From the human T2T-CHM13v2.0 reference genome, Homo sapiens: DNA of 64,000 bases. The DNA lies in the NCBI RefSeq assembly GCF_009914755.1, contig NC_060933.1, one strand, 5' to 3'. The notes beneath the pieces are model-generated. The model ran no database searches. It had not been told where the DNA came from and saw nothing but the letters and a program-made list of their open reading frames with translations. Numbering within the stretch: position 1 is the stretch's first letter; each line of letters starts with the position of its first letter. Positions 1 to 15,840 of the stretch are shown here, one piece after another. Both the position numbers and the translations under genes were made by a program.

Positions 1-119
1 ACTCTGTCCTTCCACCCAGAGTTTGTTACCCACTGAGGTTGTCCCACTGTTTAGTAGCCAACTAGGGAAACCCTCATCTCTGGTGCCCTTGTTTCCCCCA
101 GAAGACTAAAGCTAAAGCT

Positions 120-850
120 CATTCATTCCAGTGAACATCTACGGGTGCTGTTCTAGGTACGAAGGACACAGCGATGACCAAAACAAAGTCTTCTGATGGG
201 GATTACTTTCCAGTTGACAGTTAACAGAAATAAGCAAATAAAGCTATGATGGCTGGCATAAAGAAATACTAAAATTAAACATAGAGGAGGGCCAGGGAAC
301 AAAGGATAATGGAGCAGGGAGTTGGGAGATTCTGTTTAGAAAGAATGTCCCAGGAAGCCCTCTCTGAATAGGTTACCTGTGAGCAGAGATCCAAAAGAAG
401 TATGGGAGTGAGTGATGAGGGTATCTAGGGAAAGGATATTCCAGGCAGAGGGAGCAGCCAGGCAAGGGCCCTGAGGTCCTGTTGAAGGCACAGTCAAGAG
501 CAGAGGGAACAAGGCAGGCAGGTCAGAGAGAACTGGGAAATATACTCTTGAGCCCTCAGGCCATTGCAAAGACTTCGGCCTTGACTCTGAGTGAGATGGG
601 AAACCACTGGAAGGTTTGAAGCAGAGAAGTGGCAGGTTTTGAAAAGATTGTCCTGGCTTCTGGGTAGAGGGGAGCTTAGGAGGCCAAGGGTGGAAATAAG
701 AAGGCCTGCCACGAGACCAGTGCAGCATCCTGGCAAGAAAGGTTGGTGGCTTTGGTAGCAGGAGAGATGGGAAGAAGCCGTGGGCAATGCTTTCCTGCTT
801 GCCTCAGTCAGCGGGATTTGCTGGGAGATTGAAGGGGGAGCTTGTGAGAG
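120..850 (-). mobile_element. L2 LINE 3' fragment
   Basis: attcattc... end and L2-typical antisense body. Confidence 0.7.
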
Positions 851-1694
851 AAACCTCCAGGCTCAAGTTCCCTCCCTGACATCACCATCTCTTATCTTTT
901 AAAGACTAGGGTACATTAAGGTATGGAATATATCTAGCATTGGCCACTAAGATGGAGTATTTCTACTGGAGAGCTGAGAAGGTATTTTTTGCTTAGAGTT
1001 AAAGCCTTTTGAATTATGCCTATCAATTTCTGCTAATGTTCAACTTCAGGGGACAGAGCAACATGACAGTTAAGTTAAAACACGTTAAAATCTTGCTCTA
1101 CTTAAGTGTTAGCTTTCTTCCTATAGTGATTTGCTATTTTAATGAAGATTTACATGCAGCATATACATTTATGTAATATGAGCACTGAAATTAAATCTCC
1201 TGAGTTTATATCTTAGCTCTACCCTGTGTAAACTTTGTGATGACTTTTAAGCCTCAGTTTCCTCATCTGTAAGACAGAATAGTAGCTGTACCTACCTTAT
1301 AAGTAGGATTCAATGAGAACAGTGCCTAGCACATGTTAAGTACACAAATAGATTAGTTAGCAATTATTAATACTATTACTGAATCCCAGGACAGGACCAG
1401 ACGACATAAGGGATAAAGCAGACCATACTGTTGATTGCATTTTGTTTAATTGTTTCCTGGCCTCGACCCTTTCCAGTAGACAGAGGCCTGAGTCTTGAGG
1501 ACAGGTTATGGGAAGGAGATGTCGGATGTGACCCCTGGCACTCCTCTCTTGTCCCTTCTTCCCTGTAGCACGGGGCTCTGCAGGAGCCTGGAGAGGGTGC
1601 CTTCTCTGTAAGGAGGGAATGGGCAGTGGGGCTTGGCATGGAGCTGGCTGCTCTGTTCTCACCCCTGTCTCTTGTATCCTCACCAACCACACAG

Positions 1695-1853
1695 GAGATC
1701 TGTCTGTCTGACTCTCCCATGGTGATGACCTTAGTGGATGGGCCAGCTGAAGAGAGTGACAATCTCATCTGTGTGGCTTATCGACACCAATTTGATGTGG
1801 TGAATGAGAGCACAGGAGAAGCCTTCAGGCTGCACCACGTGGAGGCCAACAGG
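1695..1853 (+). CDS. GARNL3: GARNL3 internal coding exon (CNH domain), EICLSDSPMVMTLVDG...HHVEANR
   Basis: acag|GAG acceptor, AGG|gtaagc donor, 159 nt, phase 0/0; lies inside ORF 1626..1898. Confidence 0.92.
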
Positions 1854-1953
1854 GTAAGCCAGCGGTTGTGGGGACAAGTGAGAATCAGAAAAGAGTAATC
1901 ATCGTTGTGTATTCTAACCCTGACATGCCATGATTTGGATTTCTTTAAAATTA

Positions 1954-2270
<317 letters not shown>

Positions 2271-3676
2271 AGACATGAAGAGTCAAAAGGCTGACTATAA
2301 TAACTAAATAAATGAGAGCATTTGTTAGATGATTTGTCCTGGGAGGGTCCTTGGAGAATAAGCTTGACCTCTGAGGCACTGCAGACTCTCATCTTGGGGA
2401 CTGGGTGTTTGGGGTGGGTACTGCACCCTCCCTACCCCCTTAAAAACCCACTAGGAAAGGAAGAAGGGGTGGAAACCCATTAGGAGGGAGTGAGCAGGCA
2501 GATTTGCCCTGAGAGTCTACACCCCTGGCCTGATGCACAGAGAACAAGGATGTCCTAGTGTGGCACAAAATCTAGGGCCACCCAAAACTGCTCTCATGTT
2601 CTAAAGGTGACTGTGTGGGGTTTGAACCTTGGCGCCCACTGGACAGTGGTGAGCACTCACCACCCTGAGGCCTGGCAGCCTGTCTGTCACTGGAGAGCGT
2701 TCAACACTGACACTGACATTAGCAGATCACAGAGCTTTTCAGCCCACGTATGTATCTCTGTGAGGCAGGACAAGGCCTGCTTGTCAGTGAGCCATTGAGG
2801 TTTGCAGCATGCAGTGCAAGCCAGTATTCTGGCCTAGGTACTGAGGAAACCACAGAATGGGGATGTCAGCCCCAGGGAGACTAACTCCTAGTGAGGGCTT
2901 CCAGACCCACAGGCTACCTCCAGTCCTGTTCAGCTAAATCAAACAGACTGCAGAATTCTTCCAATTATGCTTTACAACTTGTATTAATTGTAAATATGCT
3001 CTGTATAAATATTAAAATTGCTAATTACTATTTTAGGAAGACTTAAGACCTAATTAGAGCAAGATTTTAAGAAACAGAAAAATAAGAAATAGAAAACTGT
3101 AGTTGTGATTAGGAGACCTTCTTGTCTTCAGCTATTATTGATCATAGAGTGGTCTGTCATTTCTCTTATCTATATTGGTGGTGGCCAGACTTGTCTGCAA
3201 TTGGAGTCATCTGAGGAGTTTGAAAATATACCACTGCCTGTGTTCCTCCTCCAGGGATTTCCTGGGTCTGGGGTGTGGCATGGGTTTGGGTATGTTTAAA
3301 TGGTCCCCAGATAATTGTAATATTTAGCCAAGTTGGGAATCCCTGGTATATTTCATTGCTTTGCAACCCTGGCTGTCATCCCTTGGAGAGCTTTAAAAAG
3401 GTCAGTGTCTGACCCCAGGCCAAGCCAATTATATCAGAATCTGGGGGGGTGTGGTACTTGAGAACCAATATTTGTTTAAGTCTGCCCCCAGGTGATACTA
3501 ATATAGACCTAGGAGAAGGAGTGGGTCCTGAAACTTCCTAATTTAAAGCTGGGAGGAATGCCGCCCACTCCCCCCACCCGCCGCCCCCCACTGCCTGGGC
3601 ATCCCTGGACCAGCATGTCTTCCTGCCACTGACTTCTGAGGAGCTGGAGCCCTGATTTGTACTTTAAAAGTTCTCA

Positions 3677-4058
<382 letters not shown>

Positions 4059-4497
4059 TCAATCAGTCCTTTTCCTGGCAGCTAGTTTCCTAAGACTTAG
4101 CCAGCTTTTGCTAGTGGAAAAGTCCTCACCTCATTTCAGAGAAACTTTCTGACAAGTTCTATTTTAAAATAAATCATGCTTAAGTGGCTGAAAATTATGC
4201 AGTTTACTTACTCATCAGGGTAGCTATAGAGAATATCATTTTATTAAATTTCTTTTATATGGTGGTTTTTATTATTTACCTATATTTAATGTCCTATAAT
4301 TCATTATAGGATTTCTTTTTCCTATGATTTGTAAAGACCCTGGATAAATTGGGTTAAAAACCATTTTCTTTGATGACTTCTGTGCTTTGTTTTTTGGATG
4401 GCTGTCAGGAACAACTCTCAAGTTTTCTGTCCTCTCTTCTATGTGCTTCTTAAAAGACAAATATACAAAGTTTTTTCCTAAGAGAAAAAAAAATGTA

Positions 4498-4797
4498 TTT
4501 TTGTTGTTGTTGTTGAGACTGAGTCTCGCTCTGTCGCCCAGGCTGGAGTGCAGTGGCGCAATCTCGGCTCACTGCAACCTCTGACTCCCTGGTTCATGCG
4601 ATTCTCCTGCCTCAGCCTCCTGACGAGTAGCTGGGATTACAGGCACAGCCACCATGCCCAGCTAATTTTTGTATTTTTAGTAGAGACAGGGTTTCACCAT
4701 GTTGGCCAGGATGGTCTCAATCTCCTGACCTCGTGATCCCGCCCACCTTGGCCTCCCAAAGTGCTAGGATTACAGGTGTGAGCCACCGCACCCGGCC
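4498..4797 (-). mobile_element. AluS
   Basis: Full antisense dimer. Confidence 0.92.
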
Positions 4798-6388
4798 AAG
4801 AAAAAAAAGTTTTTAAGGAAAAAAAAACCCTTCCCTATTTCCTGGCTCTGAGAGGATCAGCGTGTACAGCCCTCCCGTGGTAGAATGGCGGCTGCACAGC
4901 TCCCAGCAGGCACGGTGCAGTGCACAGCTCCCAGCAGTGCTTAGTCAGATGCACTCACTCATCTTTCAAGGAGGGTACTGTCTGTCTGGGGAGATGAGCC
5001 CTAAGAAAATGAAAAAGATAATGAGCTGTATGTTTTCTAATAGCTGGTTAGAAATAGGCCTTGTGGGAACAGGACTAGCTTTTTACCAAGATGTTCCTGC
5101 AGCTCAGCACCCAGGGCAGTGGGGACAGGAGAGAGAAGCTGACACAGCGTAGGTCATTGGAATTTCATTTCCATTCCGTCTACATTCGCTGCCTGCCCGC
5201 CTCTGTGGGCACCAGTGTTAACTGGGCAGGCCTCGCTTCCTGCTCCCATTCCTCCTCTCTTAGCCAGGACCACTTGATACCTATTTCAGGCTTGTACCCA
5301 CCCCGGGTTCTGTAACAATCCTAGCTCAAGAGAGGAAATGTTTAAGAAGCACTAAAGCAACATTCTGAAAGTCACTGACAAGTTCACTGTACCAGTGGGC
5401 CTGCTGTGACCCACTGCCGCTGCTTTAACCACCAGCACTGACCTCATTCCCAAAACCAAGTGCTCCTCTAGGGGGAACTGCAGGCATAGCCATGGGATCT
5501 GGGTCCCTGGTTTATGGGAGGGGCTCAGGTCCTCATCTTGACGTCTGCCCAGAATCCAGTGGTTCTCAGCTGGGGGCTGAGCCCAGAATCACAGGGAAGG
5601 CTGAAGGCAGAGCCAGCTAGGAGAGGTACAGTTCCTACTTCACTTGTTACAAGTCTGTGTTTTGAATTTTTACAACCACCATACATTATTTGTTATCATT
5701 TTAAAGTACCAATAGAATGAACTACTTATTACTTTTTATTTTTTTTAAGAGAGAGAGAGAGAGAGAGAGACAGGGTCTAGCTCTGTCCCAGGCTGGAGTG
5801 CAGTGGTGCAATCATAGTTCAATTCTCCCTCGTTGGCCTACCAAAGCACTAGAATTACAGGCGTGAGCCACCATGCCCAGCCAGAACTACTTATTGTTAA
5901 TCAAACTTATGAAATAAAGATTTAATGCCTATGTCCTACAACAGACCTGCCATATCAGGGTCTCCAGGAGCAAGAACCCCACCAGGCCCCTGTCCCAAGG
6001 TGGAGACAGACACCTATATCAAAGCATAAAATAGATCTCATTGTGCTAAGTGTTAATAAAGGTCTGAATAATAAAGTGCTGTGGCATGCCTGAGGAGGAA
6101 GTGGTTAAGGGTTAAGTCCAAGCCTGTTTCTGAATCCTGGCCCTGGGGCTGAAGCCTGCCACCACCTGTCCTGCAGCCCAACTCTCTGAATATTGCCACG
6201 TCTGTCTGCCTGTCAGCACAGCGTTGGAGCCCCTTGGTAGACTTACTTGATGCCAAGTACCCCCCTGGTGTCTGTGGTCATTGTGCATAGATCTTGGTCT
6301 AAAAGGCTGCCTGAACTTCCTCCATACGTGTCACCACTGCCACCCTCCCTCACCCCACCCCAAACACACACACAGGCCTTATCTCTAA

Positions 6389-6846
<458 letters not shown>

Positions 6847-9400
6847 ACATTTCTCCATTTTTATTGAAAAGGATACTGAAGTCAGAAAGAAGAAGTCACT
6901 TACTTACCCCAGAGCACACAGCTAGTAAGTGGCAGAGGCAGGACTTGGACCCCAGCTGGCTGACTCCAGAGACCATGTTCCCACAGCTGGTGGGGATAGC
7001 AGGTCCAGCCACAAAGCTGGTAGCACTCGGCCCCTCCCGTGGAGAAGCTCCCAGTCTGGCAGAGCAGACACGGTGCAGCACAAAGCCTCTAGCTGAGATA
7101 GTGAAGTAAAACTAACATGTACAGGGACATCTGAGGAGGAAGGGATTTTAAGTCAAAGTGGTGGGGCCAGGAAGGCTCCTTTCTGGGGTCAGAGGAGACT
7201 CCAGGACCATCCTTCATGTAATATACCCATTGGTGCTGGTTCCTTATCTAAATAAAGGTATCAGCCAACATTGAGCATTTACCGAGCTCCAGGCCCTGTG
7301 CTAGGTGCTTAGATAAGTTACCTCCTGGAGTCCTCAAGCCAGTAGGCCTAGATACTCTTATTTTCTACCATCTTACAAACGAAGAAACTGAAGGTCCGAG
7401 AGGGGAAACAACTGGCGTGAGTGCGCATGCCTCTGAAGTGATGGAGCTGGGATTTCATTTACTCACTTGCCCATCCGATGAGTTTATTCTATCCCTGCCA
7501 CCCGCCAGGCCCTGATCTGGATGATGAGGGGCCAGCAGTGAGCAGCACAGACAGGCCTTTGCGTCATGAGCCTTAGATCTCATGGGGAGGGGAGCCACAG
7601 GGAACAAACAGACAAGAGAGCACCAGAGGGTGAGGGACACTCTGCAGAGAGCCTAAAACACAGGGCATGATAGGAGCCATGGGGATTATTTTGGATTTGA
7701 CAACCCCCGGGTCTGTCCAATGCCAGTGCTGGAGCTCTTGGCCACTGGTCCTCACTGTCACTCCCTGCTGAGCTCCTGCAACTTTTGGTTGAGGCATTTG
7801 CCCCATTATACCTTGTTTTATGTACTTATGTGCTTTTCTGGGTTTTTTTCTTAAGGGGTCAACCTCACCTTATTCTTTTCTGTATCCTAGTGGCACTGAA
7901 TACAGTGCTAGATAATGACAGATGGGAGAGAGCTGGGGATTCCATTGGAAGGGGCACCCAAGCCCAGGCAGTGGCACTGGCTGAGGATGGCCAGTTGGGG
8001 CCTTGGCACCATAATGAGACCTTTTAGAGGTGAAGGCTGTGTTCTGGTGACACCAGTGAAGAGAAGGGTCAGCCAGTGCAGGGCCAGTGGGAGGAGCACA
8101 GTGTGGACGGAAGGGCTGGGACAGAGGAGCCAGCAGGAGCCCACAACATGGTGCTCCTGTGAGGAGGTCAGGGCTTAGCCTAGAACAGCAGCAGGGGCAC
8201 AAAAAAACACCTGAGAAACTGTATGAAGAGGCTGCTGCTGGACTTGGGTTGGAGGTGGCCCTGAGACTTTGAGAATAGTTATGCTAACAAAAAGGAGGAG
8301 TTTTAGAAGGAAAGCTGGTTGTGTGGGAGATAAAAAGCCAATAGCCTTCACTGAGTGCTCATCATGCATGAGGCCCTGTGCTAAAATCTCTGCCTTGTCT
8401 CACTGAATTCCCATTACAATCCAGCAGGGTCAGTGTTCTCATGATGCCTGCTTTACAGACGAAGACCTAAGGCCAGAGGCTAAGCCATTTGCCACACACC
8501 ACAGAGGCAGTAAGTGGCCTAGACAGGGCTTGATCTCCCATCTGTCTGCCCAGTCTGTGCCCCTCCAACCACCCCACCCCCAATCCACTACCTCCTGCTT
8601 TTAATGACTTGGATGTGGAATCAGTTACATCTGAGAACAAACGACATAGTCTAGGGGCTGCAGCCCTGGGGAGAATGTGTGCCTGAGCCCGTGAATTTAG
8701 GGTTTTGGGCACAAAGCAAAATTTGGAGCTATAGAAGTGGGGTTTTACTAAGGAGAGAAGAGCCAAGAAATTGAAGAATAATCTGAGGTGGGAGAGAGGG
8801 CAGGAGGCAGAAGATGTCACCCATCAGAGGCTGCAGAGGGCAGGATGGATAGATGAGCAGAGGCCAAGGCCTTCGGTTGGGGAGAAGGAGATCTTGGCTG
8901 AGCTCAAAGGGTGGTTTTCCTGGAAGCACAGGAGGCCAGGCTCTAAGGGTTGAGAATACAAGTGAGGAAGTGAAAGGAGCAGGAGGCTCTTAGAGGGCTG
9001 GAGTTTTGAAAATCAAGAAGGACCAAGGACACCATCAGGTTGAGTGCCCTCCTCTCAAATGCAGAAACTGAGGCCCAGAGAGAGGAGTTTGCCCCAGACC
9101 ACGGAACTAGGTGTTCTGACACCCTTTTCATTGCACCATGCTGCCTCTCTTGACATGAAGAACAGAGAAAGAATAAAGTGTGAAGACATGCCGTGGCGAT
9201 TTTAAGGTGCACAGACTTTATCTGTTGGAGGCAGAAGGATGCCTCGCTGGAGGTACGAGAGCGGTAAGGTTGAAAGAGAACCAGAACATTAGTTCAGATG
9301 TTGGCTGTGGCGTGTACCAGTCAAGGGACTTAAGTGACTTCACCCTGAGCCTCACTTTCATCTTCTGTAAAATGATAATTATACCATAATGTCAATAATA

Positions 9401-9450
9401 TTAGGTTGATGCAAAAGTAATTGCAGTTTTTGCCATTGGAAATAATGGCA
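9401..9450. mobile_element. MADE1 (Hsmar1 MITE), truncated
   Basis: TA|TTAGGTTGATGCAAAAGTAATTGCAGTTTTTGCCATT...AATGGCA matches the mariner TIR and hairpin centre. Confidence 0.82.
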
Positions 9451-9775
9451 TATAAACCTGAGGCATTTCAATAGAGAGAGGAGACATACCAAACACAGAG
9501 CTTCTCAACGGCTATGAAAAGATGATGAGAAAGTCCCAGAGAAGAAAGAATGGAGAGACTTTTCTTTCTTTTTTTTCTTTTCTTTTCTTTCTCACTTCCA
9601 TTGTATTATAATCCCAGCCCCCAATGTGCATTGTGGGTGCTGGTGGGGCAGACATGACCCTATGGCACCTGCATGACAGAGGGCCTCGGCCTCCACAAAT
9701 GCTCACAACTTGTAAAAGTCTTTTCACAGGGTCAGCATCCAGCCTGCCCACTACCGTTGCCCGTTATCATTGCAG

Positions 9776-9842
9776 GTTAATTTTGTTGCAGCTATTGATG
9801 TGTACGAAGATGGAGAAGCTGGTTTGCTGTTGTGTTACAACT
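9776..9842 (+). CDS. GARNL3: GARNL3 coding exon, VNFVAAIDVYEDGEAGLLLCYN
   Basis: tgcag|GTT acceptor, T|gtaagt donor, 67 nt, phase 0/1. Confidence 0.92.
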
Positions 9843-12481
9843 GTAAGTTAAGGATGTGCTTTTATCTTTATTTGCTTAAATGGACTGCTTTTTTTTTTTC
9901 TGGGCAATTTAAAAAGATTGTCCTTAGATTTACCCAGTGTATCATTCCTGGGTTTGTAATTGCCTTCCAGGAAGGAACTGAAAAATACCTTCCTCCCTGA
10001 GTCTCCCGCTGCGCACCAGGCCTCTTGGTGACACAGTGCAAGAACTGGCACTTGTGATGCTATCTCCAGGATGCGCCAGTGATGACAATGGCTTCCAGTT
10101 AGGAGGCCCTTACTGTGTGCCAGGTGCCGTGCTCGGTATGCTGTGGTCATTGTCTCACTTGATTCTCACAATGAATGCCCGCAGCAGGCTCGGTTATTAT
10201 CCCCAGTTTAGAGATGAGGCAACTGAGGCCTAGAGAGGTGAACTCGTCAAGGTCTTGTGGCTACTAAGCAGCAGGGCCAGGGTTTGCATCGGGTGCTCTC
10301 TTGACTCCAGCACCCACAATTTTAACCACTGTCGCTATTCTACATTTTGCTGTTTCTCAGGTATTAATGAAATCAGCCTCAACCCAGGGTATCCAGCCTC
10401 AGTTGGCCTAGTTTGGATTAGGTGGCAGGGTAGGTGTTGGGCAGACCAAAGGTATCAAATGGGATCTTTAAGGATTTTCAGCATTTCAAAAGCTAATATT
10501 ATAATACATTTTCATAAAAATGATGTTTTAAGGGTAAAAGAAAAGAAGTAAGCTATTTTCCTAGATAAAGCTGCCCAGTCTAACAAGACATAAAACATGT
10601 TTTTCGGCCTAGGATTTTATCAATTTAGAGTGGTAATGCTGGGTCAGATGTTTTGATTAATTAATCTTTGATTAATAAGTATAAGAAAGCTAATTATTAG
10701 AAGAGAAGGTTGTTTTATAAACATCATCTTTCAAAATTCGAGATTTATGGGGAATAAATTAGGAGAAGGTGGTTAAACCTCTTCAACAATAAATTGCTCT
10801 TTGGGGACATTTTATGCACAGAACTGTGCACCCTCCTCAGAACAGCAGGTCTTTAATGGCCCATGTGATGAGAAGGGCCCCATCAAGGCAGCAGGAATGG
10901 GCCACTCTCCCACACCCCATGGGCCAGGCCACTGCCACTCCTGCTGCCCTGCATCCCCAGGTTTATGGCTGCATGGTAGAAGTCACTTCTGTAAGAAATT
11001 CACCTTTCTAAAATAAAGTATGCTCTTTTTTCTGAGACATCTATAGAATAACTTGTGGCAGAGTGTTTTAAAAACTGATTTGGATTTTTTTTATCCTTTA
11101 ACCGTGTGAAAGGATGGAAGGGATTTTAGGTGGAAGAGAAGTTAAGAACAGAAAGATAGAGCAGGTTTTTAGAGTGGGAGAATTAATCCCAAAGAAAAAG
11201 AGGGCATGGAAACAAATGTGGATGCCATGGGCTCTGTGCCAGACTTGCCAGTGCTGACTGGAACAGGCCGGGCTCCTCACTCAGCGGCTCCTGCCTCAGC
11301 TGTGGTTCCCGCAGCCTCTGGGTCTCACGGAACCCTTCCTTGGGAGTTCCATTTCTCATGGCTTTGCTCATCTTCCGGCTTCAGGCTCTGACTTCATCTC
11401 AGGATGGGATCGGTGTGTGTCTGTTTTCATAGATCCACTACATCAGAAGTATCTTTACATCTCTGTATCTTTACATCCCAAGGTCAAGGCCCTGGCAACC
11501 TCAGAGGTTCCCATAGCTTCAGTCTTCCCCAAACCATGCCACTTCCTCCCATTTCTTTGGGTCAGGAATCTGGCTTTTGTTTTCCATATTTCTTTTTCCC
11601 AAGACATTGGGAGGCATCTGGTGAACAACACCAATAAAACAGTTCTCTCCCCACGGTCATCCAGGTCACTTCTCTAACTCATTCCTGCACACACAGCACA
11701 CGTGGAATTTGCCTGTTTAGTCTATGTTCTTGACTTGATCACAGACGCCTGTACAATAAAGCCCCTTTTCAACAAGGTGCTGCAGAATGATAATGCTTTC
11801 CCCAAAATCTGAAACTGATTTGTATCATTGAAGTTTTTTTCTGTATTAAAAATAAAGCAAAATTAAAAATAAACTTTATGTGGAGGAATTTTTATCTCAG
11901 ATATGTTAGAGTTGAAAATATTTTATAATGGAGATTGCAACTTTCAGTTATGAGTTATTTGAAAAAAATATATATTCACTTGGTAACCTTTAGGGGAAAA
12001 AATAGTATAAATTGTTCAATATGCTACTAATATTGGGTTTTTTAAATAATTAAACTCTATTTTTATTACCAGAATCTGTCTTTAACTGTTTAAAAAGACA
12101 AAGAAAAAGAAAACTTGGCTCTGCCCTTAGCACCCAGTAATCATTCACCTTTAATGCAAGTAATTTCAGTGCTAAGGGCAAACTCTTGTGTTTGCTGATG
12201 ATGCTTTAAAGATAATCATGCCAGGAAAACTAGAAAAGCTCGCATAAGTGCCCCTTGTTTTTGATGCGATCATATTTAACCTCACTAAGTCTTCACTTTC
12301 AGATAAGTAATAGTAAGAATACAAAACCTGCTTCTTAACAACTGTTGTAAGTACTAAGCAGGATGATACATGTAAAGCCCACAACACATTGCCTGACATG
12401 ACAGGATTTTATTTTCCCACTATTTATTCCAGAATCATCAGAGTATTTATTCAGAACTCAGTTTTTTAACCTTCATAGACT

Positions 12482-12620
<139 letters not shown>

Positions 12621-12701
12621 AACAGAGAGGCGACGGGATCCACAAGGTTGAAGAGGAGCACTCTGGCTGCTGTGGGGCATTCGCCGAAGGGGTAGGGGTA
12701 G

Positions 12702-13612
<911 letters not shown>

Positions 13613-15099
13613 GAACCAAGCTAATTTGCTGATTAATCAAATTTGGGATGTGAGAGGAAGAAGAAAAAAAAAGGAAGACTCTGCAGTTTGGAGCCTGAGC
13701 AGCTGGGAGAATGGAGAATACGGCTTCCTGAATGAGGAAAGCTCGGCCAAGAGCAAGTTTGAGGAAAAGCTCAAGAGTCCAGCCTGGACCCATCAGTGCC
13801 TTCCTGTACCCCCGTGGAGATGCCCAGTGACCTGGATGTGCAAGTCCAAGGCACTCAAGAAAGAGCTGTGCCTGGAACTCTTTCATTAGCATATAAATGA
13901 TGTTTAAAGTCATGAAACTAAAGAAATTACCAAAGGGAAGGGAGAGACAGAGGCACCAGCAAAGTAGACTGAGGAAGAGTGCCCGGAAAGGCAGGGATTA
14001 CCAGGAGCCTGCAGGAAGGAGGGCGTCCCCACCTGTGCCCCTGCCAGAGCAGGCGAGGCCTGTCTGAGAGGGACCCTTGGACCCAGCGAGGTGGAGGTCA
14101 TTTGGAAGACAAGAGCGGGCGTCTCTGGAAAGCAGGGGGAGCACTTTTTCACAGGGGTTGTGAGGCGGTGGGAGAAGAGAAAGCAGACTGGGTGCACAGA
14201 TGACTCTTCAGAGACTTGCTTTAAGGGAAAAAGAGAGGCGGGATGTAATAGCTACAGGAAGGGTCTTTTTGTTTTTCTGAAGTGTGGGATAAATAGTAAG
14301 TTTGTAAGGCCATGGGGGAAGCTCCAATAGGGAAGGGAGGACTAGTGGTGCCAGGGAGAGGGGGAGAATTGCTGGAGCAAGTCCCTGCATCTGTGGAAGC
14401 CATCAGGACACAGTGGGAAGAGGAAGGATTGGCCACACCTGAGAGCATCAGAGCCACAGGCAGCCGTGGCAGTGGTGCCCAAGGTGTCCTCTCTGGAGCA
14501 TTTGTTCTCTCGGGAAGTAAGGGCTCTCTTGACTGTGGTTAGCTTTTTGTCTTAATTCACTCTGTCAGATACACAACTGTAAGACACTAAGATAACTGTT
14601 TTACAAGGCACAGTGGTCGCATCAAAGGAGTCCCTAAGCCCGATGGGCCAGGACATTCCAAAAAGATTGGACATGGTGGGAGAGGTACTTGTTTCTGGAG
14701 CTTCTGATGGCGCTGTCACCTCCCCTGTTCCTGCCCCGCAGCGCAGGCCTTGATCCGAAGCTCTGGCTTTCTACACCTCTCTCTCCCACGGAAGTGGGAA
14801 ATATCAGGAGTTTAAAAAAAGAACTGTTAAACTGTACAGGATTCCATATGACAGGATGCCGTTGAAAGTGTGCTGCCCAGAGAGAAGGGAACAAGGAAGC
14901 AGATGGCATGAAAAGAAGGGGAGAGCCTCCTTCAGTGAACCACAAACACCCAGAAGGCCAGACCATGGCCCAGCTCTCTGGCCCGGACCCCAGGACCCAG
15001 CTGGCACAGTGCTTGTGTCCATAAACTTTGCTGGACTGAGCCAAACCTGTGCCCTGTATCAGAGAGCCATATCAGAGGCAGATCTATCCAAGGAGACTT

Positions 15100-15840
15100 T
15101 TCTGTCCCCACCTTTCTGACATTGCTGTCCACTCTCCTTTTCAGACTTCCTTCTCTCCCAGCTTCTGTCCCATCTTCTTGCTTTCTTTCTGCCCCTCTGG
15201 CCCTCTTGTCTCAGTACTGTGCCGTTCACAGTCTCTTCTCCAGTCACCCCTTAAACGCTGGCATTCCAGAGGGCCCTGTCCTCGCCTTTCCATCTGGCGT
15301 GCTCATTCTCCCCTGCAAGCTTGATTGCCAGTGTGCTGCTGCTGACTCCCAGGTCTCTCCAGTCCAGACCCACTGCTGAACTCTGCACCAATGTGTCACA
15401 CTCCTTACTGTACAGCCCACTTCAGCAGCTCAAGGGCACCTCGGACTCAACCTGTCCACCCTGAACTCGAGATCTTTCCTCTTCACATGTGCTCCTCCTC
15501 TGATGTGCCCCACCCCAGTGCAAGGGCAGCACCTTCCACCCATCACCCAAGCCAGAGACACAGTTGGCACAATGGACTTCTCCCTGCCTTTACTCCCCAT
15601 CTCCAAGCTGTCTTCCCACACAGCTCAGATTCATTCCAAATGGCCTATCTTTTATGGACCAGTCACTCCTCACCTGGTCGGTGTAGCACGCACGGAATTT
15701 CTTGGACTTTGGCTCCGTCTTAGAGCAACCCACCTCTCCCCTCTGCACTGCTGCTGGAGTCAGCTTCCTAGAACCCTGATGCTATCCTCTCACTTTCCCT
15801 AGCCAGGACTCCCTTTCCCAAGCCAGCCTCTGCCTTCCTC
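15100..15840 (+). mobile_element. L2 fragment
   Basis: Pyrimidine-rich L2-like sense sequence. Confidence 0.55.

Noticed and set aside
11404-11637. 77-aa ATG ORF in the GARNL3 intron
   Set aside because: No recognisable domain or splice structure, and its length is within chance expectation
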